Source of the DNA: Caulobacter sp. CCUG 60055
GTDB lineage: Bacteria > Pseudomonadota > Alphaproteobacteria > Caulobacterales > Caulobacteraceae
Length of the DNA: 64,000 nucleotides
NCBI RefSeq assembly: GCF_022750545.1
Contig: NZ_PUIC01000005.1
Span: 440,281-504,280 of the forward strand
Direction: 5' to 3'
Shown: one piece after another, positions 17,775-27,280 of the stretch
Position numbering within the stretch: the stretch's first letter is position 1
Layout of the letters: each line of letters starts with the position of its first letter
Made by a program: the position numbers and the translations under genes
Notes under the pieces: model-generated
What the model saw: the letters and a program-made list of their open reading frames with translations, nothing else
Databases searched by the model: none
What the model was told of the DNA's origin: nothing

Positions 17775-20700
17775 TCAACGGGCGTAGGCGCTGAGCCTGT
17801 CGAACGTCGTCTGGTCCAGCGCGCCCGTCTGCGCCAGGCTCTGGTCGCGTTGGTAGGCCTGGATCGCCAGCTTGACGGCCGGCGAGGCGCCGCCGTCGGT
17901 CGGCCCCTGGTAGTAGCCCAGCACCGACAGCGCCCGCTGGGCGATGCTCAGATTGACCTTGCTGGCCGAGGCGGCGGCGGCCGCCGCCTGGGTCGGCGCG
18001 GCGCCGGCGGCGCGGTAGGCCTGGGCCGCGCGCTGAGCCGCGCTCTGGGCTTCCGGCGACAGCTGCGCCTTCACCCGCTCGGCCGAGGCGCGCGATTCCC
18101 CGTCGCCCTCGCGGCCGGCGATCAGATACCACTTGTAGGCTTCGGCGGCGTTCTGGCCGACGCCGAGGCCCTCTTCATACAGCCGGCCGAGATTGTATTG
18201 GCTGTCGATGAGGCCGAGATCGGCCGCCCGGCGGAACCACTGCACCGCCTGGCTGGTGTTCTTGGGGCCGCCCGTGCCCTCGACATAATAGAGGGCGAGG
18301 TTGTGCATGGCCCGCCGGTCACCGGCCTGGGCGGCGCGCTCGGTCCAGCGACGGCCCTCGACCGGGTCCTTGCGCAGGCCCGCCTCGCCGCTCTCGAACA
18401 GCTTGGCCAGATAGAACTGCGCCGCCGGCGAGCCCAGGTTGGCCGCCTTCTTCAAGGTCTCGAGACCGCCGGGCTGCTTGGCGGTGATGCGGCGCACGGC
18501 GTCGTTGTACAGCTCGTCGGCGCCCGGTCCCGAGGTCGGGGCCGGCGCGGCGGCGGTCACGGCGGCGGCCGGGACCGTGTGCGCCGTCGGCGTCGCAGGA
18601 GCGCTCGCGAGCGGCTCGGCGGCGGTCGTCGGCGTGGTGAGCAGGATCGCCGCCCGGGCGGTGTCCCCCGCCGTCGGGCCGGAGGCCACGGCCGCCAGCG
18701 CGCCGGGGGCGTCGGGCGCGGCCTTGGCCGGCGCATGGCCCGGATGCTTGAGCTCGACGCTCATCATGTAGCCGCTGGCGGCGACGCCGAGGGCGGCCAG
18801 GGTGCCGGACGCCAGCAGGGCGGTGCGCAGGGTGGTGCCGCCGCGACGCTTGCTCCCGAAGGCGGCGGCGCCGAACAGGCTGGCCCCCCCCTCGGCGGCC
18901 TTGGCCTTCTTGCCCTTGCCTTCGCGCTCCTGCGCCGCGGCCCGCGCGGCGGCCCGGGCCTGCTCGATCAGCTCGCGCGTCGAACGGCCGGCCTGCGGCG
19001 CCTGCTGGCTGTCGATGAACAGCCCCTGCGCCGGGATCGGCGGCGGAGCGGCGGGCGCGGCCTCGATCGGCTCCGGCCGGACGGGAGCCTCGCGCGCCTG
19101 GCTCTTGGCCTGGACGGCGGCGGCCTCGATCGCGGCCAGGGCTTCGAGCGCCGGTTCAGGAATCGGTTCGGCCGCCGGCTCGACGGCCGGGGCGATCAGG
19201 TCGACGGTCTCGTCGGCCAGGGGTTCGGACAGGACGTCGGATGGCGGCTCGACGGCCGGCTCGGCCTCGAAGCCGTCTGCGGCGGCGATGTCGGCGGCGG
19301 AAAAGCTCGGCGGCGACGCGGCGGGCGGCGCCTCCACGAACGGCGCGGCGGCGGCGAACACCGCCGGCGGCGGCCCGTTCGGGCTCAGGAACGAAGGCGC
19401 GGCCGCCTGGGGCGAATAGGCGTAGACCTCGCCCGCGAACGGCGCGGCCTCGTGGAAGGGAGCCTCGGCGAACGGCTCGGCCATCCGGCGCTGGGCCTCG
19501 CCCAGCCGGCGGTCGATCTTCTCGCGGGCCTCTTCGAGGATGCGGGCGGTGCGCTCCTCGCTCTGCCGGATGCGTTCGGCCAGGTCGAGCGACGCCCGCT
19601 CCTGACGCTGGCTGATGCGTTCGGCGACGCGGCTGACCTGTTCGCCGACGTCGTCGAGAGCTTGGGCGGAACGGCGCTCCGAATTGGAGATGCGCTCGGC
19701 CAGCCGCTCGGTGATGCGGTTGATCTCAGAGCCCAGCTTCTCCAGCGCCTGGGCCTGGACGGAGTCGCTGCGATTGAGGCGGCCCTCCACGGCGTCGGCG
19801 ATGCGCGCCATCTCGCCGCCCATCTGCTCGGCGGCCTCGGCCGAGCGGGTCTCGACGCCCTGGACGCGGCGGCCCAGGGTGTCGGCCATGCGCAGCACCT
19901 CATGGCCCATGCGCTCGATGGCCTGGGCCGAGCGCGTTTCGGCGGCCTGGACGTGGGCGGTCATCTCGGCGAGCGCCCGCTCCATGCGGTCGAAGCCGGC
20001 GTCCGACGATTCCTTCAGCTTCTCCGCCATCTCGGACCGGACCGCCTCGACGCGTTCGGAAAGCGCCGCCGCCAGCTGTTCAAGACGCGGCGCGGCATCG
20101 TCGCGCACTCGGTCCTCGGTGTCGAGCAGGCGCTGGTCGAGGCTGGCGAACGAGGTCTCCAGCCCCTTGATCGCCTGGGTGGTGCGAGCCTCGGCCTGCT
20201 CCAGCCGCTCGCCGATGCGGGCGACCACGGCGTTGATCAGGGCGTCGCCGGCGGCCTCGCCGCCGCCCTGCTGGCTGGCCTCAGCGACCTCGACGCTTTC
20301 CAGGCTCTCCAGCCGGCGCGCCAGGTTCTCGATGGCGTCGCGGGTGCGGGCCTCGCCGTCGAACAGGCGGTTGCTGACCTGGCCGAGCGTGCCTTCCAGG
20401 GCGCGCATGGCCTCGATGGCGCGGGGGCCGTGGGCTTCCTGCTCAATCTTGCGCAGGCGCTCGCCGATACGGCCGTGATCCTCGCGGGCCTCGTCGACGG
20501 CGGTCTCGAAGCGGGCCGCGACGGCGGTCTGCTCGCGCTCGGCGGCCTCGATGCGGTGCAGCAGCCCGACCACCGACTGGTCGATGCCGCTGATGGCCAG
20601 GGTCGAGCGGCTCTCGGCCGCCTCGATGCGCGCCGACAGCCGCTCCAGGGCCGTGGTGATGCGGGCCAGGTCGCCGGGGCCGGGACGCGGCGGCTCGTCT

Positions 20701-20930
20701 TCATAGAAGCGATGATTGGCGAAGCGCGGTTCGTGCCGCGGCTCCTCGATCGGCGACGCGTAGGACGCGGACCTGGGCGGCGGATCGTCGAAGTCGGAAG
20801 CGGGGTCGTCGAGGATGACCTGGTTCAACCACTCGCCCAGCGTCATGCCGGACCGGCGCGCCAGGTCCTTGGCGACCTCGCGGGCTTTGGGGTCGATGCC
20901 CTTAACGCTCCAGGGTCCCCCCGCCGTCAT
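17775..20930 (-). CDS. podJ: Polar organelle development / polarity scaffold protein PodJ homologue
   Basis: 1051 aa. Long N-terminal coiled-coil region, Pro/Ala-rich linker, a single TM, periplasmic Sel1/TPR repeats (HNLALYYVEGTG..., YNLGRLYEEGLG...) and a C-terminal peptidoglycan-binding domain (VLGYYQGPTDG...). The architecture matches Caulobacter PodJ. Confidence 0.8.
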   Translation of the reverse strand: MTAGGPWSVKGIDPKAREVAKDLARRSGMTLGEWLNQVILDDPASDFDDPPPRSASYASPIEEPRHEPRFANHRFYEDEPPRPGPGDLARITTALERLSARIEAAESRSTLAISGIDQSVVGLLHRIEAAEREQTAVAARFETAVDEAREDHGRIGERLRKIEQEAHGPRAIEAMRALEGTLGQVSNRLFDGEARTRDAIENLARRLESLESVEVAEASQQGGGEAAGDALINAVVARIGERLEQAEARTTQAIKGLETSFASLDQRLLDTEDRVRDDAAPRLEQLAAALSERVEAVRSEMAEKLKESSDAGFDRMERALAEMTAHVQAAETRSAQAIERMGHEVLRMADTLGRRVQGVETRSAEAAEQMGGEMARIADAVEGRLNRSDSVQAQALEKLGSEINRITERLAERISNSERRSAQALDDVGEQVSRVAERISQRQERASLDLAERIRQSEERTARILEEAREKIDRRLGEAQRRMAEPFAEAPFHEAAPFAGEVYAYSPQAAAPSFLSPNGPPPAVFAAAAPFVEAPPAASPPSFSAADIAAADGFEAEPAVEPPSDVLSEPLADETVDLIAPAVEPAAEPIPEPALEALAAIEAAAVQAKSQAREAPVRPEPIEAAPAAPPPIPAQGLFIDSQQAPQAGRSTRELIEQARAAARAAAQEREGKGKKAKAAEGGASLFGAAAFGSKRRGGTTLRTALLASGTLAALGVAASGYMMSVELKHPGHAPAKAAPDAPGALAAVASGPTAGDTARAAILLTTPTTAAEPLASAPATPTAHTVPAAAVTAAAPAPTSGPGADELYNDAVRRITAKQPGGLETLKKAANLGSPAAQFYLAKLFESGEAGLRKDPVEGRRWTERAAQAGDRRAMHNLALYYVEGTGGPKNTSQAVQWFRRAADLGLIDSQYNLGRLYEEGLGVGQNAAEAYKWYLIAGREGDGESRASAERVKAQLSPEAQSAAQRAAQAYRAAGAAPTQAAAAAASASKVNLSIAQRALSVLGYYQGPTDGGASPAVKLAIQAYQRDQSLAQTGALDQTTFDRLSAYAR

Positions 20931-21091
20931 GCGAATCGCTCTCCCGAGACTTCATCGGGACGCTAGCCACCGATTCCTAGCGTGTAAACGAACAGTTAAC
21001 GCTAAATATAGAGGTGACCGACTAATCCTGTGGATGATCCGCCGTCCCGCGCCCGAAGAGGCGGCGGACGCCCTATCAGGACCGACAAGCG

Positions 21092-21114
21092 TTAACGAGC
21101 GGTTAAGGCTTAAC
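21092..21114. promoter_or_regulatory. CtrA-box-like motif (TTAA-N7-TTAA + TTAAC) upstream of podJ
   Basis: TTAACGAGCGGTTAAGGCTTAAC, with a DnaA-box-like TGTGGATGA at 21030-21038 and GANTC sites nearby. Confidence 0.4.
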
Positions 21115-21144
21115 AAAACATTGACGCGGGCCGAGGCGGGCCGA

Positions 21145-21780
21145 TCAGACATCGGCGCCCGTCAGCCGGGCCTGGTCTTCGGCCATTCGCTCGGCCAGTC
21201 GCCGCCGCGCCGCCGCGTCGTCGGCCGCGCCGCCCAGTACGGCGGCGAAGCCGAAGCCGATGCGCGCCTCCAGCGTCGCCGCGTCGATCTCGCCGGCGAT
21301 CCAGCCGGGCAGGGCCGCGCCGAACACGCCCTCCAGCGCCCGCGCCAGCAGGTCGGCGTCCACCTCGCCGCGCAGCTGGCCCGCGGCCTGGGCGGCCTGG
21401 ATCATCTCGACCCACAGGGCGTGGCGCGGCGGGCCGAACAACAGGCGCAGCTCGGGCCCGCCGGCTCCGGCCAGGGCGGTGAACAGCGCCCGGTAGAAGC
21501 CGGGGTCCTCGTCGTAGAAGCGCGCCGCCAGGGCGACGTTGTCGAACAGGCGGCGCAGGGGATCGCCCGGCCCCGCCGCGTCGAGACCGGCGCGGAACGC
21601 GGCGAGGTCGGCCTCCAGCACGCCCAGCATCACCGCCTGTTTCGAGCCGAACAGATTGTAGGGCGTGGCCAGGCTGACCCCGGCGCGCTCGGCCAGGGCG
21701 CGCATGGACAGGCCGGTGTCGCCGGTGGCGCGGATCAGGTCGCGGGCGGCTTCGACGATGCGGGCGCGGCGTTCGGCCAT
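21145..21780 (-). CDS. TetR family transcriptional regulator
   Basis: N-terminal TetR HTH (LSMRALAERAGVSLATPYNLFGSKQAV). ATG at 21780 is preferred over the TTG at 21813. Confidence 0.8.
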   Translation of the reverse strand: MAERRARIVEAARDLIRATGDTGLSMRALAERAGVSLATPYNLFGSKQAVMLGVLEADLAAFRAGLDAAGPGDPLRRLFDNVALAARFYDEDPGFYRALFTALAGAGGPELRLLFGPPRHALWVEMIQAAQAAGQLRGEVDADLLARALEGVFGAALPGWIAGEIDAATLEARIGFGFAAVLGGAADDAAARRRLAERMAEDQARLTGADV

Positions 21781-21852
21781 GCCGCGCTCGCGCTGGGAAA
21801 TCTCGGCGTTCAAGGACGGCCTCGGCTTGACGGCGCATCGGCGCGCCGCTCC

Positions 21853-21866
21853 TATAACCTGTTATA
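21853..21866. promoter_or_regulatory. Inverted repeat TATAAC-CT-GTTATA in the TetR/ADH divergent region (candidate TetR operator)
   Basis: Perfect 6-bp arms with a 2-nt spacer, AT-rich in a GC-rich intergenic region. Confidence 0.4.
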
Positions 21867-21909
21867 AAAATCGGCGCCCGCCAAGGGCGCCGCGCCTGGG
21901 AGGAAGCCG

Positions 21910-22989
21910 ATGCGGGCCGTGGTCACACGCGACAAGCGCCTGACGTGCGAGGAGATCGAAGACCCCCTCCCGATCCAGGGCCAGACCCTGGTCAGGACCC
22001 TGTGCTGCGGCATCTGCGGCTCGGACCTGCACGCCCTGCATTTCATGGACAACATGGTCGAGGGCATGCGCCGCGCCGGCGGCGGCGACGGAATCGACCC
22101 GGCCAAGGACATGGTGTTCGGCCACGAATTCTGCGCCGAGGTGCTGGACCACGGCCCCGGCACGGACGGCCGCTTCAAGCCGGGGACCCGGGTGGTCTCG
22201 GTGCCGATGACCTTCGGGCCGGCGGGGATCGAGCTGGTCGGCTACTCCAACCGTTACCCGGGCGGATTTTCCGAGCGCATGGTGCTGGCCGAGGCGATGC
22301 TGCTGGAGGTGCCGAACGGCCTTCCGGCCGAGCACGCCGCCCTGACCGAGCCGATGGCCGTCGGCGCGCACGCGGTCGCCGAAGCCGCCGTCGACAAGGA
22401 TTCGGTCTGCCTGGTGCTGGGCTGCGGGCCGGTGGGGCTGGCGGTGATCGCGGCGCTGAAGGCCAGAGGCCATGGCCCGGTGATCGCCGCCGACTTCTCG
22501 CCCAGGCGACGGGCCGCCGCCGAGGCCATGGGCGCCGACATCGTCGTCGACCCGGCCAAGGAGTCGCCGCACGGCAAATGGGCCGACCTCGGCGTGCCCG
22601 CGACCCTGACGGCGCACCGCATGGCGATGATGGCCGGCCAGACCTATGGCCGGCCGATCGTGTTCGAATGCGTCGGCGCGCCGGGCGTGCTGCAGAGCGT
22701 GATCGAGGGCGCGCCGCCCAAGGCCCAGATCGTGGTCGCCGGCGTGTGCATGACCCCCGACCGGATCGAGCCGTCGCTGGCGATCAACAAGCAGCTCGAT
22801 CTGCGCTTCGTGTTCGGCTACTCGCCCGAGGAGTTCGCCGCCACCCTGCACGACATCGCCGAGGGCCGCATCGACGTCGCCCCGATTGTCACCGGCAAGG
22901 TCGGGCTGGCCGGCGTCGCCGACGCCTTCAAGGCCTTGGGCGACCCGGAGAACCACGTGAAGATCCTGGTCGAGCCGGGCCGGGCCTAA
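21910..22989 (+). CDS. Zinc-dependent alcohol/polyol dehydrogenase (MDR family)
   Basis: CGICGSDLH and GHEFCAEV zinc-binding motifs; GxGxxG (LGCGPVGL). Confidence 0.85.
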   Translation: MRAVVTRDKRLTCEEIEDPLPIQGQTLVRTLCCGICGSDLHALHFMDNMVEGMRRAGGGDGIDPAKDMVFGHEFCAEVLDHGPGTDGRFKPGTRVVSVPMTFGPAGIELVGYSNRYPGGFSERMVLAEAMLLEVPNGLPAEHAALTEPMAVGAHAVAEAAVDKDSVCLVLGCGPVGLAVIAALKARGHGPVIAADFSPRRRAAAEAMGADIVVDPAKESPHGKWADLGVPATLTAHRMAMMAGQTYGRPIVFECVGAPGVLQSVIEGAPPKAQIVVAGVCMTPDRIEPSLAINKQLDLRFVFGYSPEEFAATLHDIAEGRIDVAPIVTGKVGLAGVADAFKALGDPENHVKILVEPGRA

Positions 22990-24152
22990 GGTTCCGCCAG
23001 CGCCTTGAGCAGCAGGTTGGCGGCCGCCTCGGCCGAGCCGTCGCCGGTCAGGGCCACGGCGACGAACGCCCGCTGGCGCGGCGCGTAGGCGACCACCGCC
23101 CTGACGCCGGGACCGCCGCCGCTGTGGCCGATCCAGTAGAGCGGCCGGGGCGTGTCGGGAACGTCGTACAGCATGACGCCCTGGCCGTAGAACTGGCCGG
23201 CCTGGAACATCGGATAGAGCCGCTCGAACCGGCGGCGGGTGGTCTCGGCCTTCAATAGGCGGCCGTCCAGCAGGGCCTGTTCGAAGCGGACCATGTCGGC
23301 CGCCGTCGCCGCCAGCGGCCCGGCCGCCCCCGGCGCGCGGACGTCCAGCGCCCGGTCCGGACCGGCGTCCGCCACGGGCGCGGCGATGTCGGCGACCGCG
23401 TCGCCGGGCGCGATCGCCCGCATCCCCGTCAGACCGAGGGGCGAGATCAGCCGGGCGGCGATGGCCCGGTCCAGCGGCCGGCCGTCGACCTGCTCGACGA
23501 TCCGCCCCAGGACGGCGTAGCCGGAGTTGGAGTAGCGCCAGCGCTCGCCCGGACAGAACAGCGCCCCGTGCCGCCGCAGGACGCTCAGCTCCTCGTCCCA
23601 GGACAGCCGGCCGCCGCGCCGGCGCACCACCGCGTCCTCGTTGGCGCTGAACAGGCCGCCGACATGGTCGAGCAGATGCTCGACGGTGATCGCCGCGCCG
23701 TTGGGGAGATCGGGCTCCCACCGCGAGACCGGATCGGACAGCTTCAGCCGCCCTTCCTCGACCAGTTGCAGCACCACCGTCGCCGTGGCCAGCTTGCCGA
23801 CGCTGGCCCAGTAGAACAGCGGCGATGAGGCGGCGTCCGCGCCCCGCCGGGCCTGCCAAAGTCCTTGACCCGGAACGCCGACGGCCGCCGTCAGGGCGTG
23901 CGCCCTGGTCGCCGCCGCGGCCGCGTCCAGGGCGGCGTCGAGGCGGGCCGCAGTCGCGGGGTCGAGCGATCCGGCGAGGTCGCCCGCCGCGCCGTCGAGA
24001 TCGGCCGGCGACGGCGGCGGATGCAGCGGCGCGCCCGCATAGGCGACGGCGGACCGGCAGACCGCCGGCCGGTAGTCGGCGGCCCATGCGCCGCCGCTCC
24101 AGGCCCCGGCCGCCAGGAACGCGGCGAGGACAGCCGGCGCGGCCGGCCTCAC
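22986..24152 (-). CDS. Beta-lactamase-fold serine hydrolase (class C/PBP4-like)
   Basis: SxxK (ASVGK) and YSN motifs. A signal peptide is present if the start is GTG 24152 (VRPAAPAVLAAFLAAGAWSGGAWA); the ORF-track start 24248 is the alternative. Confidence 0.75.
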   Translation of the reverse strand: MRPAAPAVLAAFLAAGAWSGGAWAADYRPAVCRSAVAYAGAPLHPPPSPADLDGAAGDLAGSLDPATAARLDAALDAAAAATRAHALTAAVGVPGQGLWQARRGADAASSPLFYWASVGKLATATVVLQLVEEGRLKLSDPVSRWEPDLPNGAAITVEHLLDHVGGLFSANEDAVVRRRGGRLSWDEELSVLRRHGALFCPGERWRYSNSGYAVLGRIVEQVDGRPLDRAIAARLISPLGLTGMRAIAPGDAVADIAAPVADAGPDRALDVRAPGAAGPLAATAADMVRFEQALLDGRLLKAETTRRRFERLYPMFQAGQFYGQGVMLYDVPDTPRPLYWIGHSGGGPGVRAVVAYAPRQRAFVAVALTGDGSAEAAANLLLKALAEP

Positions 24153-24353
24153 GCCCGGCCCGTCCGCGGGATCAGGACCTGCGCGCCCCGCACCTCGCCC
24201 GGATCGACGCGATGGTCGCGGATCGGGCCGAGGCGCAGATCGGCGCAACCGCCGGCCGCCGAGGCGGCCAAAACCAGGATCACGATCGACAGGCCTCGCC
24301 GCATGGATGGCGCTCCCTCGGGGTTTCCGCTAATCGATGCCTGTATCGCAGAT

Positions 24354-24380
24354 AATGTTTTTCGTAAAACAGAAAACATT
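24354..24380. promoter_or_regulatory. AT-rich inverted repeat AATGTTTT-N11-AAAACATT in the DUF2975/XRE leader
   Basis: 8-bp perfect arms; the only AT-rich patch in the region, immediately upstream of the operon. Confidence 0.35.
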
Positions 24381-24405
24381 GCTGATCAGTTGGAAGGACG
24401 CCCGC

Positions 24406-24978
24406 ATGGACCGCCAGGAGAAGCTGGCCTCGATCCGCCGCTGGAGCCTGCTCATGCGCCACGCCTGCCTGGTCCTGGCGGCGGCGCTGCTCGCCGCCAA
24501 CGCCGTCCATTGGCTGGTCCTGTCGCCGGAGGCGCTTCGCCTGGAGCTGGGGCTGCGCGCCGTGGACATGGCGGCGTGGCGGCGAGCGTGCGGCCTCGCC
24601 CTGGTCCTGGCCCCGGTCGCCCTGCTCGCCTTCGGCCTCGTCCGGCTGCGCGCCGCCTTCGCCAGCTTCGCGCGCGGGCGGATGTTCTCGGCCGCCGCGA
24701 CGGCGGGCCTTCGCGACTTCGCCGGCCTGGCGGCGTTGTCGGCCGTCGCCGCCATCGTCGTCACGCCGGCGCTGAGCTTCGTCCTGACGGCGGGCCTGCC
24801 GCGCGGCCCGCAGATCGCCTTGCAGATCGGCTCGGGCCAGCTGACCATCCTGCTGGTCTCGGGGGTGACCTGGGTGTTCGCCAACATCCTGGCCTCGGCC
24901 AGGGACCTCGCCGACGAGAACGCCGCGCTTCACGTCGAGCGCGACGCCCTGGCCGGCGAAAACGCCCAGTTCGTCTGA
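24406..24978 (+). CDS. DUF2975 family membrane protein
   Basis: Multi-TM protein of the type paired with a YozG-like XRE regulator. ATG at 24406 with a GGAAGGA SD; the ORF-track start 24337 lies in the AT-rich leader. Confidence 0.65.
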   Translation: MDRQEKLASIRRWSLLMRHACLVLAAALLAANAVHWLVLSPEALRLELGLRAVDMAAWRRACGLALVLAPVALLAFGLVRLRAAFASFARGRMFSAAATAGLRDFAGLAALSAVAAIVVTPALSFVLTAGLPRGPQIALQIGSGQLTILLVSGVTWVFANILASARDLADENAALHVERDALAGENAQFV

Positions 24979-25238
24979 TGGACGCGCCCGCGCCCGACAT
25001 GCGCATCCTGGTCACGCTCGACGTGATGATGGCGCGCCGCAAGGTCACCGGCCGCGAACTGGCCGAACACGTCGGCATCACCGAGGCCAACCTGTCGCTG
25101 CTCAAGCAGGGGCGCGTGAAGGGCGTGCGCTTCGAGACCCTGCTCCGGATCTGCGACTATCTGGATTGCCAACCCGGCGACCTGCTCGCCTTCGAGCGGG
25201 CGGCCGCCGCCGGCAGCGCGCCCGTCGAGGCCGCGTGA
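24978..25238 (+). CDS. XRE-family HTH regulator (YozG-like), coupled to DUF2975
   Basis: HTH (TGRELAEHVGITEANLSLLKQG) and C-terminal DCQPGDLL motif. Start overlaps the DUF2975 stop (ATGA); an alternative ATG lies at 24999. Confidence 0.75.
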   Translation: MDAPAPDMRILVTLDVMMARRKVTGRELAEHVGITEANLSLLKQGRVKGVRFETLLRICDYLDCQPGDLLAFERAAAAGSAPVEAA

Positions 25239-25248
25239 ACGGAGGCGC

Positions 25249-26061
25249 CTAGCTCGCCTTGCCCATCTCGTCCGCCGCCGCCAGGGGGCCGCCCTGGGCG
25301 ATGAGGTTGCGGGTGCCTTCCGGGTCGAGCGCCGAGGCGCGGTCGAGTTCGACCAGTTCGGCCGGCACGAACCAGTGCAGCTTGTCGGAGTGGTAGGCCT
25401 CCCATACCGCCTTGGCGACCTCGACCGGCGGGATCAGCCGGAACATGCCTTCCTTGGGCGCATGGTCCTTGGCTTCCTGCGGCAGGATCGGCGTGTCGAT
25501 CAGGCCCGGCAGGGTGTCGGCGCAGCGCACGCCATAGGCGCGGAACTCGATCGACAGCGCCTCGGTCAGGCCTTTGACCGCGTGCTTGGTCGCCGAATAG
25601 ACGGCGATGTTGGGCATGCCGTAGGTGGCCGAGGACGACGAGGTGGTGAAGCACAGCGAGCCCGGCGTCGCCTTCAGCAGCGGCAGGGCCAGGTGGATGC
25701 CGTTGAGAACGCCGACGAAGTTGACGTTGACCACGTCCATGACCTCGGCGAAGTCCTGGTCGGCGAACGGCCCGCCCCGGCCGATGCCGGCGTTGTTGTA
25801 GAGCAGGTCGAGCTTGCCTTCCGTCGCCGCCGCGAAGGCGTCGAGGGCGGCGGCGTAGTCGGCCCGGTCGGTGACGTCCAGCCGGCGGACCAGGCAATTG
25901 CCCACGCCCAGCTCGGCCTGAAGCTCCTTCAGGCCGGCCTCGTTGACGTCGAAGGCCCCGACGAACCAGCCCTTGCCCGCGAACAGGCGGGCGGTCTCGC
26001 GCCCCATGCCCGAGGCGGCGCCGGTGATGAAGATCGACTTGCGGCCGTTCGCCTGCGCCAT
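25249..26061 (-). CDS. Short-chain dehydrogenase/reductase (SDR)
   Basis: TGAASGMG cofactor motif and YSATK catalytic motif. Confidence 0.85.
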   Translation of the reverse strand: MAQANGRKSIFITGAASGMGRETARLFAGKGWFVGAFDVNEAGLKELQAELGVGNCLVRRLDVTDRADYAAALDAFAAATEGKLDLLYNNAGIGRGGPFADQDFAEVMDVVNVNFVGVLNGIHLALPLLKATPGSLCFTTSSSSATYGMPNIAVYSATKHAVKGLTEALSIEFRAYGVRCADTLPGLIDTPILPQEAKDHAPKEGMFRLIPPVEVAKAVWEAYHSDKLHWFVPAELVELDRASALDPEGTRNLIAQGGPLAAADEMGKAS

Positions 26062-26065
26062 CGCC

Positions 26066-27280
26066 CTACTCCGCCGCCGGCTTCTTGTTCAGGCCCATGG
26101 CCTCGAGGATTTCGGGGCGGATGTTGTCGGTCCCCTTCTCCTGGATGTGCTGGGCGACGCGCATGCCCACCGCCATCTGGGCCTGGCCGATGAAGGTCGG
26201 CCGATTGGTCCGCGCCCAGTCCAGCGAGGCCTGGCGGTTCTCGTTCAGCCCCTGGAAGCGCGGCGCGACATAGCGGGCGATCAGTTCGTAGGACGCCTGC
26301 TTGCGCGCCCACGGCGCCCAGTTGTGATCCATCATCAGGAAGGCGCCGAAGCCGCCCGACTGCTTTTCCAGCCGCTCGATCTGCGCCGCCGCGTCGTCCG
26401 GCGTGCCGATCACCGCCAGGCCCGAATTGATCAGCTGGTCGACCGGATCGCCGCCCTCGGCCGGGGCCAGCGGCAGGGCCGCCACCTCGCGGAAATAGTA
26501 GAGCCATTTCTCCAGGCCGAAGCGGACATCGGCCCTGGCCTGTTCGCGGGTTTCGGCCACGTGCATCGGCCCGACCAGGCGCCAGGCGTTGCGGTCGACG
26601 GAGGTTCCTACGTCGGCCGCCTGCTCCTCGGCGATGGCCCAGTTGGTGGCCAGGGCGTTGAAGCCGCCGGTCTGGGTGGCGCCGATCGACAGCAGGCCGA
26701 GGCCATGCTTGCCCGCCGCCCGCGCGCCGGTGGGCGAAACCTGGCTGGCCACCGCGATCTCGACGCCCGGCCGCGAATAGGGCGTCATCTGCAGCCGCGC
26801 GTCGTTCAACTCGAACCAGTCGGTCTTCTTGCTGACCGTCTCACCGCGCAGCAAGGGGACCAGCACGTCGATGGCCTCGTCCATGCGGTCGCGCTGGGCG
26901 GCCACGGGAATGCCCATCATGAAGGCGTCCGACGGCAGGGCGCCGGGCCCCACCCCGAACATCACCCGGCCACGGGTGACGTGGTCGAGCTGGTTGATGC
27001 GGTCGGCCAGCATCAGCGGATGGTGATAGGGCAGCGACGAGACGCCGGTGCCCAGGCGGATGTGCCTGGTCCGCTCGGCCGCCGTGGCGATGAACAGCTC
27101 GGGGCTGGCGATGATCTCGTAGCCGGCCGAGTGGTGCTCGCCGATCCAGGCCTCGTCATAGCCCAGTCGGTCCATGAGCTGGACCAGCTCCAGGTCGCGC
27201 TCGATGGCCAGGGTCGGGTTTTCGTCGACGGGATGAAACGGGGCGATGAAGGCGCCGAAGCGCAGCTTGGACCCGGCCAT
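26066..27280 (-). CDS. LLM-class (luciferase-like) flavin-dependent oxidoreductase
   Basis: Luciferase-like monooxygenase fold signature, about 400 aa. Confidence 0.85.
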   Translation of the reverse strand: MAGSKLRFGAFIAPFHPVDENPTLAIERDLELVQLMDRLGYDEAWIGEHHSAGYEIIASPELFIATAAERTRHIRLGTGVSSLPYHHPLMLADRINQLDHVTRGRVMFGVGPGALPSDAFMMGIPVAAQRDRMDEAIDVLVPLLRGETVSKKTDWFELNDARLQMTPYSRPGVEIAVASQVSPTGARAAGKHGLGLLSIGATQTGGFNALATNWAIAEEQAADVGTSVDRNAWRLVGPMHVAETREQARADVRFGLEKWLYYFREVAALPLAPAEGGDPVDQLINSGLAVIGTPDDAAAQIERLEKQSGGFGAFLMMDHNWAPWARKQASYELIARYVAPRFQGLNENRQASLDWARTNRPTFIGQAQMAVGMRVAQHIQEKGTDNIRPEILEAMGLNKKPAAE

